From IMG/VR virus record IMGVR_UViG_3300017814_000051, positions 1 to 64,000 of that record: 64,000 nucleotides of DNA; one strand, 5' to 3'. A program made the position numbers and the translations under genes. The stretch's first letter is position 1, and every line of letters begins with the position of its first letter. A model generated the notes under the pieces. It searched no databases and was not told where the DNA came from. It saw only the letters and a program-made list of their open reading frames with translations. Shown piece after piece: positions 1-8,290 of the stretch. The stretch comes from a virus. Taxonomy: Duplodnaviria; Caudoviricetes.

Positions 1-305
1 AGGACAACCGGATCAGCGCAGGTCTTCTTTGCGGCCTCGACCTGCTCCAGCACGAATTCGGCATAGCCGCTGGTGCAGTCGTCCATCTCTTCGGAATACC
101 AGGAAAGTCCATCTGTCGGATCGTCTGCCGGGAGCCCCAGCACTTTCTTAAGCTTGAACTCCGCGAGTGCATGAGCATCAGTGCCTTCCGCTGCGTAGTC
201 GCTTCCTTTATCCTCGTAGGTTTCGCAGAGCCGTGCCGATGGCGGACAGTGAATCCATCTGTCAGCGCCGGATGCGGAAAGGATCGCGTGCTGCTTACTT
301 GCCAT
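1..305 (-). CDS. DUF2800-family phage PD-(D/E)XK nuclease, N-terminal part (runs off window)
   Basis: Manual translation from ATG at 305: MASKQHAILSASGADRWIHCPPSARLCE..., homologous to 38303-39433 (MAKHAFLSASASHRWLNCPPSAKLCE). Confidence 0.9.
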   Translation of the reverse strand, partial: MASKQHAILSASGADRWIHCPPSARLCETYEDKGSDYAAEGTDAHALAEFKLKKVLGLPADDPTDGLSWYSEEMDDCTSGYAEFVLEQVEAAKKTCADPVV

Positions 306-633
306 TTCCGATTGCCTCCGAGTCCTTCATAAGGGCTTCATAGTTTGCCGGGTCGATAGCGGAGAGCTTTGTCGCTCCGTATTTCTGGAGCAGGTCACGC
401 ACCTCAGCAGTGTGTCCGGCGCGGGATTTCCCGGCGAGAACGGATCTTACGTCCTCCAGCTTTAATTCCGGCTTGGGTTCTTCTTTTGTAGCAGCAGATT
501 TAGAAGTTTGCTGCTTATCAGAATTGTCTGTACTGGAGAACTGCTGGTAAAGCCAGTCGGCTGCGTCGTTAATAGCGGCAGCAGTACTGCGGAGCTCTTC
601 GATTGTCTGTTTCATGTCTGCTATTTTGCTCAT
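295..633 (-). CDS. Conserved phage protein (often annotated 'rRNA biogenesis protein Rrp5'-like)
   Basis: LEDVRSVLAGKSRAGHTAEVRDLLQKYGATKLS motif; paralogue of 39426-39809; start moved to MSKIADMK behind an AG-rich RBS. Confidence 0.8.
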   Translation of the reverse strand: MSKIADMKQTIEELRSTAAAINDAADWLYQQFSSTDNSDKQQTSKSAATKEEPKPELKLEDVRSVLAGKSRAGHTAEVRDLLQKYGATKLSAIDPANYEALMKDSEAIGNGK

Positions 634-781
634 AGGTTCTTTCTCCTTTCTCGGATTGTCTTTGCTCGGCAAGTATTGAAAGATTTCTTGCCAGTCTTGT
701 GGATACATAGCTGATGGAATTGAGAAGTTTGATTTCTTCGTTGATGTTTCCACCAGCGTCTGCATATGTTCGGTACATCAT
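569..781 (-). CDS. Small conserved phage hypothetical protein
   Basis: GAGGTGA RBS; EEIKLLNSISYVSTRLARNL matches EELIDTLIAISVVAKRLADNL of 39802-39954. Confidence 0.7.
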   Translation of the reverse strand: MMYRTYADAGGNINEEIKLLNSISYVSTRLARNLSILAEQRQSEKGERTYEQNSRHETDNRRAPQYCCRY

Positions 782-820
782 CTGTTCACCTCGCTTTCTG
801 AAGGAGCTTTCCGTGTCCTT

Positions 821-856
821 CAAGTTCCACTGGAGATGAGCAGGCAATTTGAGCGG
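821..856 (-). promoter_or_regulatory. Putative promoter for the element-encoded sigma-like factor (CCGCTCAA-N15-CCAGTG)
   Basis: Same position, 15-nt spacing and downstream GAAAGCGAGGT as the CCGGAAAA-N15-CCTTAG motif of prophage 2. Confidence 0.5.
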
Positions 857-925
857 AGAAAAAATAAAAAAATCCCGACCACCATCCTGATGAGGGACAC
901 TGGCCGGAATTGCTGCGGTTAGGGA

Positions 926-1447
926 TTACTTTCCATCTCTGATTCTTCTTAAATCAGTACGGTACTTCTTCATTTGATCTGCGAAGGTTTTCTGTGGGCG
1001 ACCGAGCTCTCTTGCAATAGCACGGTCAGAGATACCTTCCGGATGATCCATCCAGAGCTGAATAATGGTATCCGCTTCCGGATCAAGTTCGCGAAGGCGG
1101 GCAAAAAGCTGCTCCAATAATATGCGGTCTGAGATGAGTTCCTCTATAGGCGTGTTGTTGTCCGGCAGATAGTCGTACATATTGCCGTTGCCGTCCGGAT
1201 TTGTAACGTCAAGAGAAAGGGTGTCCCCTGCTGCATGGTATTCGCAGCCGATGCAGTCACCATCGCATTTCCATGCATAACGGTAAGGACACATGCACCT
1301 GCCGTGATCCTGTTCCTTGTGACGGATGCGGTCGGCTTCCTTATAGAAAGCGTCGTGCTGTTCTTTTGAGACGGGCACCTTTTCGTCGGTGCTGCGGATG
1401 AAGATGAAATAGGTCTTCTGTTTACTATCGTTTTCATTGCTTTTCAT
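926..1447 (-). CDS. Sigma-70-like (region 4 HTH) phage transcription factor
   Basis: C-terminal ISDRAIARELGRPQKTFADQMKK HTH; SLD motif; Cys cluster CMCP...CDGDCIGCEY; heads the early operon. Confidence 0.75.
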   Translation of the reverse strand: MKSNENDSKQKTYFIFIRSTDEKVPVSKEQHDAFYKEADRIRHKEQDHGRCMCPYRYAWKCDGDCIGCEYHAAGDTLSLDVTNPDGNGNMYDYLPDNNTPIEELISDRILLEQLFARLRELDPEADTIIQLWMDHPEGISDRAIARELGRPQKTFADQMKKYRTDLRRIRDGK

Positions 1448-1449
1448 GT

Positions 1450-1660
1450 TGAAACCTCCCAGTTTCGAGTTGCTTCCCGAACCGGAGGTTTCACTGAAAA
1501 GAGCGCAGTTGACCTGTCGGAACGGGAAATTAATCCGTTTCGATGGCCAACCACGCTCGTAGGTTGGTTTATTCAGTTGTGACCGTTACTTCTGTTCGAG
1601 CCACTCTGCATGCCGGGTGAACATCCATAACGGTGAGCCTTTTAACGCCATGCTCAGGGC
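1450..1660 (-). promoter_or_regulatory. Structured 5' leader of the sigma-like gene (pseudoknot-like motif, terminator-like hairpin, RBS-sequestering hairpin)
   Basis: Perfect TGAAACCTCC/GGAGGTTTCA stem (1450-1493) covers the RBS; long hairpin 1501-1558 followed by U4; GCCCTGAGCATGGCGTTAAAAGGCTC at 1635-1660. Confidence 0.6.
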
Positions 1661-1714
1661 ATCAATTAAATATTTGCGTTCATAAAACATTTGTATCCGA
1701 ACGCTGATAATTTA

Positions 1715-1743
1715 TTGTAAATCGCTTAAAACAGTGATATAAT
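1715..1743 (+). promoter_or_regulatory. SigA promoter of ABC-3C operon 1
   Basis: TTGTAA, 17-bp spacer, TATAAT with extended -10 TG. Confidence 0.7.
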
Positions 1744-1860
1744 TAAAAAGAGTTTTTGTAAGCAGATTTACTGATTCATATTATAGGAAATATGACTGGT
1801 GCAGGTTTTACCGCTGATGACCGTGGTTTGACCTGAAAGGTCAAAGGAGGTTATGCGATC

Positions 1861-2862
1861 GTGTATTTCCATGAGATTGCCGGTGAACTTAAGACATATA
1901 TGAGCCCAACAGAGCGCGGCGGTGAATTTATCATCTGGCTTGTCGGGGAAACTTTGCGCGATCCAATGACTGAGGAAGAAGAGAAACTTGCAGAGAATGA
2001 CGAATACAATCCGATGGCTCCTCATATGTCGTTGAACATGGCCGATCAGATACTTGAGGGCAAATCCAAGTTCATTTCCAAAGCAAGAGCTGGTCTTATT
2101 TGCAGCAGATATGATGGACAGGTTTTTGCAGACGAAATTGATAACCTGTACGACGCCAATAAAGATCACCTGCAAAATTTCCTTGCTGTACGAGGACTGG
2201 ATGTAGAGCGAGATGAACTTGGATCGGCGGTGCAGGATATTCTTGACCAGATATTTCACGGCCTTGCAAAAGGCATTCATGATGTAGATATAGAGCTGAC
2301 AATTCACGATCCGAAGCCAAGCATCAAGAACCTTGCTGCGGATCGCATCTATTGCGAAAATGGGAAACTTTTTATAGACGGAGATGTTATTGAACTGCCA
2401 GTAAAACTGAGCGACGCCCAGATTTATGATTTTGAAGCCGGGTATATATCCGCTCTCTGCGACGCATACGCAGAAGTGCTTTCCAGAGACAATGTAACAG
2501 TCGATGACATTCCGAAGCTCCCTAAGAAATATCAGAAGAACTTTTATGAACAGCGCAAGGCTTATCTCAGCGCCGAAAGCATCCAGCGGTCAATCAGCGA
2601 AGTATATGAGGATGGAAAGAACCAGTTCGATATTCTGAAGGACGATGCGTATAACGGAGTCAAGATCACCTATTATGATGACTTCGATAACGGATACAGA
2701 AGGCTCCTTGAGGTACTGAAAAAGATATCCGATGTTCAGCTAACAAAGTCGAAGTTGTCCCTGATCAAAAACTTGATCGGAAATTTAGAAAGGCTTGGAA
2801 TTGTCCATATCCTGGTCAACGACAAGACGATTACATCGTGGGTAGATCCTTATGAGGAGTGA
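1861..2862 (+). CDS. ABC-three-component (Lamassu LmuA-like) protein: ABC-3C C-terminal domain plus uncharacterised N-terminal domain
   Basis: C-terminal F.EQRKAYLSAES...F..LK...Y.G...GY.RL..V...G.VH.LVND..I.SWV pattern typical of the ABC-3C CTD; first gene of the trio; AAGGAGG RBS. Confidence 0.75.
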   Translation: MYFHEIAGELKTYMSPTERGGEFIIWLVGETLRDPMTEEEEKLAENDEYNPMAPHMSLNMADQILEGKSKFISKARAGLICSRYDGQVFADEIDNLYDANKDHLQNFLAVRGLDVERDELGSAVQDILDQIFHGLAKGIHDVDIELTIHDPKPSIKNLAADRIYCENGKLFIDGDVIELPVKLSDAQIYDFEAGYISALCDAYAEVLSRDNVTVDDIPKLPKKYQKNFYEQRKAYLSAESIQRSISEVYEDGKNQFDILKDDAYNGVKITYYDDFDNGYRRLLEVLKKISDVQLTKSKLSLIKNLIGNLERLGIVHILVNDKTITSWVDPYEE

Positions 2863-3313
2863 GATTTTCAATACGACCTTTGAAAATATGCTGAGAGTAT
2901 TGGTGCTGCTGAATACTCTTAGCGTTCCGATGAATAAGGACAGAATTGCGGCACTTGATTTCATCTGTATTTATGGGAAGAACTGCAAGGTTCTGGACAA
3001 GAACCTTCACGGAGATAATGAATTTGGATTTGCTGAATTCGCAGGAAAGCGTGAAAAAATAACCGAAGCTATAAAGCTTTCGGTCAAAAATAACTTTGTA
3101 AATGTGATTCAGGACAGAAACGGATTCCTGTACAGCATTAATGATCGCGGGAAAGTGGTTGTGAATGATGTTCAGTCACCGTATTCAAAAGCTTATACGG
3201 TCGGAGCAAAGATCGTGAACAGACGGTTTTCTACGTGTACAGATCAGGATATTCTGAAGTTCATAAGTGATAAAGCTTCAAAATCAAGGAGGGCTGGGGA
3301 TGCAGAAATTTAG
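2852..3313 (+). CDS. ABC-3C middle component (MC2-like; LmuC-like)
   Basis: FNTTFENMLRVLVLL...LDFICIYG...NLHGDN motif; overlaps both neighbours. Confidence 0.8.
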   Translation: MRSEIFNTTFENMLRVLVLLNTLSVPMNKDRIAALDFICIYGKNCKVLDKNLHGDNEFGFAEFAGKREKITEAIKLSVKNNFVNVIQDRNGFLYSINDRGKVVVNDVQSPYSKAYTVGAKIVNRRFSTCTDQDILKFISDKASKSRRAGDAEI

Positions 3314-5126
3314 AATTGTAAAACTTCGTGTATCCGGAGCCGGAAAGATTGACGGAGTTGTAGAATTCGACGATGGCCTGAACATTATTCAGGGCAGGTC
3401 AAACACAGGTAAAACGTGGATACTGAAATGCATCTATTATCTGTTTAGCTCTGACAAGAGACCGTTTTCACCGCTTACAGGGTATACGGATATAGAAGGA
3501 GTTTTTGAGACCGAACGATACGGGACAATTACGATTTCCCGAAAGCTGGATGAAACGAGTGCACATGTCACTTCAGATAATCCGGAAGTCGAGGATGGCG
3601 ATTACGAAACGAATTATTCCACAAAGAAGCCTCGCTATCTGAATGACCTATGGATTCACATCATTGGCCTTGATGAGACAATTGAAGTTCCTTCAAGCGC
3701 CAGATATGCGCGTGAAAGAATATCGTGGACGAATATTGCCAACACGTTCTTTGTAGATGAAGACGAGGTAGATAAATCCGAATCCATCGTTATTAAAGAT
3801 CCACAGTACGAGACACCACTAATAGCTTCTCTGTATTACCTTTTGACCGGAGATTATAAAAAGGGCGTTCCAGAGATTTTGAAGCCGGAGGTCGCTACAG
3901 CAAAGAAAAAAGGAATCGTCGACTATATTGAAGAACAGGTTATCTCCCTGAACGGGATGAAGGCCGATTATATAAAACAACTGGAGGCTTTGGAGGGCGT
4001 CGATGTAAAGCAACGAATGCAGGAATTAAACGACTGCATCAAGGAATGCCAGCAGGATACGAATGAACTGCTCGAAGAGAATGCGGCTGTTGTAAAGCAG
4101 ATGACTACCTACCAGAAGGAGGATGCCAATTGTCAGGTACTTCTTGACCGGTATGAATACCTGATCAGTCAGTACAAAGCAGACCTACAGCGAATGGACT
4201 TTATAGCCAAAGGCGAAAAAGCTGTGCAGGCTTTGCCTTCGAATAATGTATGCCCATTTTGCGGTGGTGAGCTTGGCGAGCATGATGACAGTTACATGGA
4301 AGCAATTCAGGCGGAGATTACCCGTATTGCATCTGAGGTTACAGTCATTGCAGCTACGGAAGATGATGTCCGCGAAGAAATGAAAGCAGCAAAAGCAAGG
4401 GTTGATGAGTTACAAGCAAGGCGCGACGAGATAGATGCAGCACTTGAAAAGAAGAGACAGGAGATACAGAGCTACCACGCCAACCTTGATAAAATCGAGG
4501 ATTATACCAGGCTGCAGAGCGGCATCGACTTTGTAAATGACCAGCTTGAAATTCTCGGCATGAAGAAGGTATCGGAGCTCCAGAAAAAGAAAAATCCTCC
4601 TTTGTACCATGCAAAGAAGGAATTTGAAGAATATGTAGGAACCGGATTCAACAGTCTTCTTAATCAGATTCTTAAGGACTGTAATTATCGTTCCGGATAT
4701 GCAAGCTGGGACTTCTCCATTTTTGACATTCTGATGGACGGAGTGCCGAAGTCTGAGGCGCAGGGCAAAGGATACCGGTCTTTTCTGAATTCAGTCGTGG
4801 CATTGATGCTGTATCAGTTTTTCAATAGTGATGACGTCTTCCTTAAGACAGGAATCCTGATGATCGACACTCCGCTTCTGGGTCTGGATGAGAGTGAGGA
4901 TACCCTCGAGGGAGAAACGATAAAGAAAGGACTCTACCAGTACTTCATTGATCATAAGGGAAAGGGACAGGTCATCATCGTAGACAACCTTAATATGATC
5001 CCAGATCTTGATTTTGAGGCACAGGGAGTAAAAGTAACAACATATTATAAAGACGAAAGAGATGGCCATACATACGGCTTTATGCCAAGTTGGAGGAAGA
5101 ATCTTCCTAAGGAGACACGGCAATGA
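3300..5126 (+). CDS. ABC-3C SMC/Rad50-like ABC ATPase (LmuB-like)
   Basis: Walker A GRSNTGKT, coiled coil with CPFCG zinc hook, QGKGYR signature, Walker B MIDTP. Confidence 0.85.
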   Translation: MQKFRIVKLRVSGAGKIDGVVEFDDGLNIIQGRSNTGKTWILKCIYYLFSSDKRPFSPLTGYTDIEGVFETERYGTITISRKLDETSAHVTSDNPEVEDGDYETNYSTKKPRYLNDLWIHIIGLDETIEVPSSARYARERISWTNIANTFFVDEDEVDKSESIVIKDPQYETPLIASLYYLLTGDYKKGVPEILKPEVATAKKKGIVDYIEEQVISLNGMKADYIKQLEALEGVDVKQRMQELNDCIKECQQDTNELLEENAAVVKQMTTYQKEDANCQVLLDRYEYLISQYKADLQRMDFIAKGEKAVQALPSNNVCPFCGGELGEHDDSYMEAIQAEITRIASEVTVIAATEDDVREEMKAAKARVDELQARRDEIDAALEKKRQEIQSYHANLDKIEDYTRLQSGIDFVNDQLEILGMKKVSELQKKKNPPLYHAKKEFEEYVGTGFNSLLNQILKDCNYRSGYASWDFSIFDILMDGVPKSEAQGKGYRSFLNSVVALMLYQFFNSDDVFLKTGILMIDTPLLGLDESEDTLEGETIKKGLYQYFIDHKGKGQVIIVDNLNMIPDLDFEAQGVKVTTYYKDERDGHTYGFMPSWRKNLPKETRQ

Positions 5127-5383
5127 AATTATCATATAAAAAATTATGGGTAAAACTCGTTGAAAGAGATCTCAAGAAAACCGAATTTGCAAGAAAGGCT
5201 GGTATCAGTTCAGCTTCCCTTGCAAAGCTCGGAAAAGGCGCAAATATTACGACAGATGTACTCTTGAAAATCTGTGAGTATTTTGACTGCGATATATCAG
5301 ATATTGTAGAAGTCATAAAAGCAGACGATGATAGCGCGCCGGAGAACCAGAATGAGAAACAGGAGGATAAAGTAAATGGCTGA
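5123..5383 (+). CDS. XRE/Cro-C1 (HTH_26-type) transcriptional regulator
   Basis: SYKKLW...AGISSASLAKLGKGANITTDVLLKIC...DCDISDI; ATGA overlap with the ATPase. Confidence 0.9.
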   Translation: MKLSYKKLWVKLVERDLKKTEFARKAGISSASLAKLGKGANITTDVLLKICEYFDCDISDIVEVIKADDDSAPENQNEKQEDKVNG

Positions 5384-6881
5384 GAAAAATACTGCCAATA
5401 TTGGCTTTGAAAAACAAATCTGGGATGCTGCATGTGTTCTGTGGGGACATATACCGGCATCCGAATACAGAAATGTAATCATCGGATTAATTTTTCTAAG
5501 ATACATTTCTACAGCATTTGATAAAAAATATCAGCAGTTGCTTTCAGAGGGCGATGGTTTTGAGGACGATCCGGATGCCTATCTTGAAGACAACGTGTTC
5601 TTTGTCCCGGTGGAGGCTCGATGGGATAAAATAGCTGCAGCAGCACACAAACCGGAAATTGGTACAACGATTGATAATGCAATGCGTGCCATTGAAGCAG
5701 ACAACAAAAAATTAAAAAATGTCTTACCAAAAAATTATGCCAGCCCTGATTTGGATAAACGCGTTCTTGGAGATGTTGTCGATCTATTTACCAATATGGA
5801 TATGGGGGAAACTGAAGGCAACAGAGATGTCCTTGGAAGAACCTACGAATACTGCATTGCACAATTTGCGGAAAAAGAAGGAAAAGGTGGCGGAGAATTC
5901 TATACGCCGTCAAGTATTGTAAATACGCTGGTCTCGATTTTGAAGCCCTATTCAAACTGTCGCGTATATGATTGTTGCTGCGGCAGCGGTGGGATGTTCG
6001 TTCAAAGCGCAAAGTTTATTCAGGCTCATTCCAGTAATAGAGGAGCCATTTCTATATATGGTCAGGAAGCAAATCCGGACACCTGGAAAATGGCAATTAT
6101 GAATCTAACGATTCGAGGCCTTGACGCGGATCTTGGGCCGTATCATGCAGACACATTTACGAACGATTTACATCCGACATTAAAGGCAGATTTTATTCTT
6201 GCTAATCCTCCGTTTAACTACAGCCCTTGGGGGCAGGATAAACTTATGGAAGATGTTCGATGGAAGTATGGTATTCCTCCTGCAAGTAATGCCAACTTTG
6301 CATGGATTCAACATATGATTCATCATCTTGCGCCAGGTGGGAAAATCGGACTCGTCCTTGCGAATGGAGCACTTTCATCTCAAAGTGGCGGTGAAGGAGA
6401 AATCCGTAAAAAAATCATAGAAGATGATTTGATCGAGGGAATCATCGCTATGCCGACACAGCTTTTCTACAGTGTAACGATTCCTGCTACGCTTTGGTTT
6501 ATTACCAAAGGCAAGAAGCAGAAAGGAAAAACAGTTTTCATCGATGCCAGGAAAATGGGACATATGGTTGACCGAAAACATCGTGATTTTACAGAAGAAG
6601 ATATTCAGAAGCTTGCCGATACTTTTGAGGCATTTCAAAATGGAACACTTGAAGATGAAAAAGGATTCTGCGCAGTTGCGACCTTACAGGATATTGCTAA
6701 GCAGGACTATATTCTGACACCAGGAAGATATGTTGGTATCGAAGAACAAGAAGATGATGGTGAACCATTTGACGAGAAGATGACACGCCTTACGTCTGAG
6801 CTTTCAGATGTGTTTGAAAAATCCCATGAACTCGAGGATGAGATCAGAAAGAAGCTGGGGGCGATTGGGTATGAAATCTAA
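5376..6881 (+). CDS. hsdM: Type I RM methyltransferase subunit
   Basis: GEFYTP, DCCCGSGGMF (motif I), NPPF (motif IV), HsdM N-terminal domain. Confidence 0.95.
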   Translation: MAEKNTANIGFEKQIWDAACVLWGHIPASEYRNVIIGLIFLRYISTAFDKKYQQLLSEGDGFEDDPDAYLEDNVFFVPVEARWDKIAAAAHKPEIGTTIDNAMRAIEADNKKLKNVLPKNYASPDLDKRVLGDVVDLFTNMDMGETEGNRDVLGRTYEYCIAQFAEKEGKGGGEFYTPSSIVNTLVSILKPYSNCRVYDCCCGSGGMFVQSAKFIQAHSSNRGAISIYGQEANPDTWKMAIMNLTIRGLDADLGPYHADTFTNDLHPTLKADFILANPPFNYSPWGQDKLMEDVRWKYGIPPASNANFAWIQHMIHHLAPGGKIGLVLANGALSSQSGGEGEIRKKIIEDDLIEGIIAMPTQLFYSVTIPATLWFITKGKKQKGKTVFIDARKMGHMVDRKHRDFTEEDIQKLADTFEAFQNGTLEDEKGFCAVATLQDIAKQDYILTPGRYVGIEEQEDDGEPFDEKMTRLTSELSDVFEKSHELEDEIRKKLGAIGYEI

Positions 6882-8037
6882 GCTTTCAGATATTTGCCAT
6901 TATGTTAAGGGTAAGGTTGATGTATCAGGTCTTGATAATGTTACCTATATTTCAACTGAGAATATGCTTCCCGATAAGGGTGGAGTGACTGAAGCTGCAA
7001 CCTTGCCAAATACGGCACAGGCGCAGATATATGAGCATAACGATGTCCTTGTATCAAATATCAGACCGTATTTCAAGAAGATCTGGTTTGCTAATCAGGA
7101 CGGAGGATGTTCCAATGATGTACTCGTGTTTCGGGCTAATGAAGGGGTGGAACCTGGTTTCTTGTACTATGTACTTGCCGACGAAAAATTTTTTAATTAT
7201 TCGATGGCAACTTCAAAAGGCACGAAAATGCCTCGAGGAGATAAAAAGACATTGATGGAATATGAAGTTCCTGATTTTGACATAGGTACACAAAGAAAGG
7301 TGGCGAGTCTACTCGGAGAGATTGATGAGAAAATCATAACTAATAATGAGATAAACAAGAATTTAGAGCAGCAACTCGAGTTACTTTATGAAGATCTTTC
7401 CTCTCGTGATTCTTGGCCAATTGTCCCCATTGATAATATTGCTAAAAAAATTGCAATGGGCCCATTTGGCTCAAATATCAAGGTGGCAACTTTTGTTGAA
7501 TCAGGTGTGCCTATCATTAGCGGTAATCATCTACGTGGTTTGTTTCTTGAAGAACCGAGCTTCAACTATATTACAGAAAGACATGCTCAACAATTAAAAA
7601 ATTCCATTGTTTACCCACGCGATATTGTCTTTACTCATGCTGGAAACATTGGTCAGGTAGCAATGATTCCGGAAGGGTGTCGATATTCTTGCTATATCCT
7701 ATCTCAACGACAGTTTTACTTGCGTTGTGATCTATTAAAGGCTGTTCCAGAATATGTGCTATTGTTCTTCCATAGTATTGAGGGGCAGCATGAGCTGCTA
7801 TCGTATGCAAATCAGACTGGAGTTCCTTCAATAGCACAACCGGCTTCCAATTTAAAGAAGATAGAACTACCTTTACCGCCTATTGAAGTTCAAACTGAGT
7901 GGTTATCCACCATCCAGCCGATTATCGACTTATATCAAAATAAGCGTTTAGAATCGTCTGATTTGGCAGCTTTGAGAGATACTTTGCTTCCTCGTCTTAT
8001 GTCTGGTGAGCTGGATGTCTCCAACCTTGAACTCTAA
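6871..8037 (+). CDS. hsdS: Type I RM specificity subunit (two TRDs)
   Basis: Two TRD-conserved-region halves; central INKNLEQQ; terminal LRDTLLPRLMSGELDV; start overlaps hsdM end. Confidence 0.92.
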   Translation: MKSKLSDICHYVKGKVDVSGLDNVTYISTENMLPDKGGVTEAATLPNTAQAQIYEHNDVLVSNIRPYFKKIWFANQDGGCSNDVLVFRANEGVEPGFLYYVLADEKFFNYSMATSKGTKMPRGDKKTLMEYEVPDFDIGTQRKVASLLGEIDEKIITNNEINKNLEQQLELLYEDLSSRDSWPIVPIDNIAKKIAMGPFGSNIKVATFVESGVPIISGNHLRGLFLEEPSFNYITERHAQQLKNSIVYPRDIVFTHAGNIGQVAMIPEGCRYSCYILSQRQFYLRCDLLKAVPEYVLLFFHSIEGQHELLSYANQTGVPSIAQPASNLKKIELPLPPIEVQTEWLSTIQPIIDLYQNKRLESSDLAALRDTLLPRLMSGELDVSNLEL

Positions 8038-8203
8038 GCCGCAACAAGCCTGGCAGGTTCGAGGGCTATCGCCCTCTCACTATCCGGCAGTCGCACGATA
8101 GCATCGTCCGTCAATACAAGTCGCCCCGCTCGTGCAAGCACGACGTGTCGCCTTGATTGCCGTCTGGCCTGCCTGGCTCGTTGCTCACATAAATTCTTGT
8201 TTA
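7352..8203. repeat. 14-bp inverted repeats bounding a putative invertible hsdS TRD2 segment
   Basis: TAAACAAGAATTTA (7352-7365) is the exact reverse complement of TAAATTCTTGTTTA (8190-8203); adjacent tyrosine recombinase. Confidence 0.75.
8041..8184. repeat. GC-rich multi-hairpin palindromic element
   Basis: Ends GCAACAAGCCTGGCAGG / CCTGCCTGGCTCGTTGC pair at 15 of 17 positions; internal stems GAGGGC/GCCCTC, ACGAT/ATCGT, TCGTGC/GCACGA. Confidence 0.7.
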
Positions 8204-8290
8204 ACATGCAACCATAACTCTTGCGAGTGGCAAGAGTTGAAATGAGGGACTGCCACTCCGTAGTCATTCTCTACAATATAAAAAGGAGAA

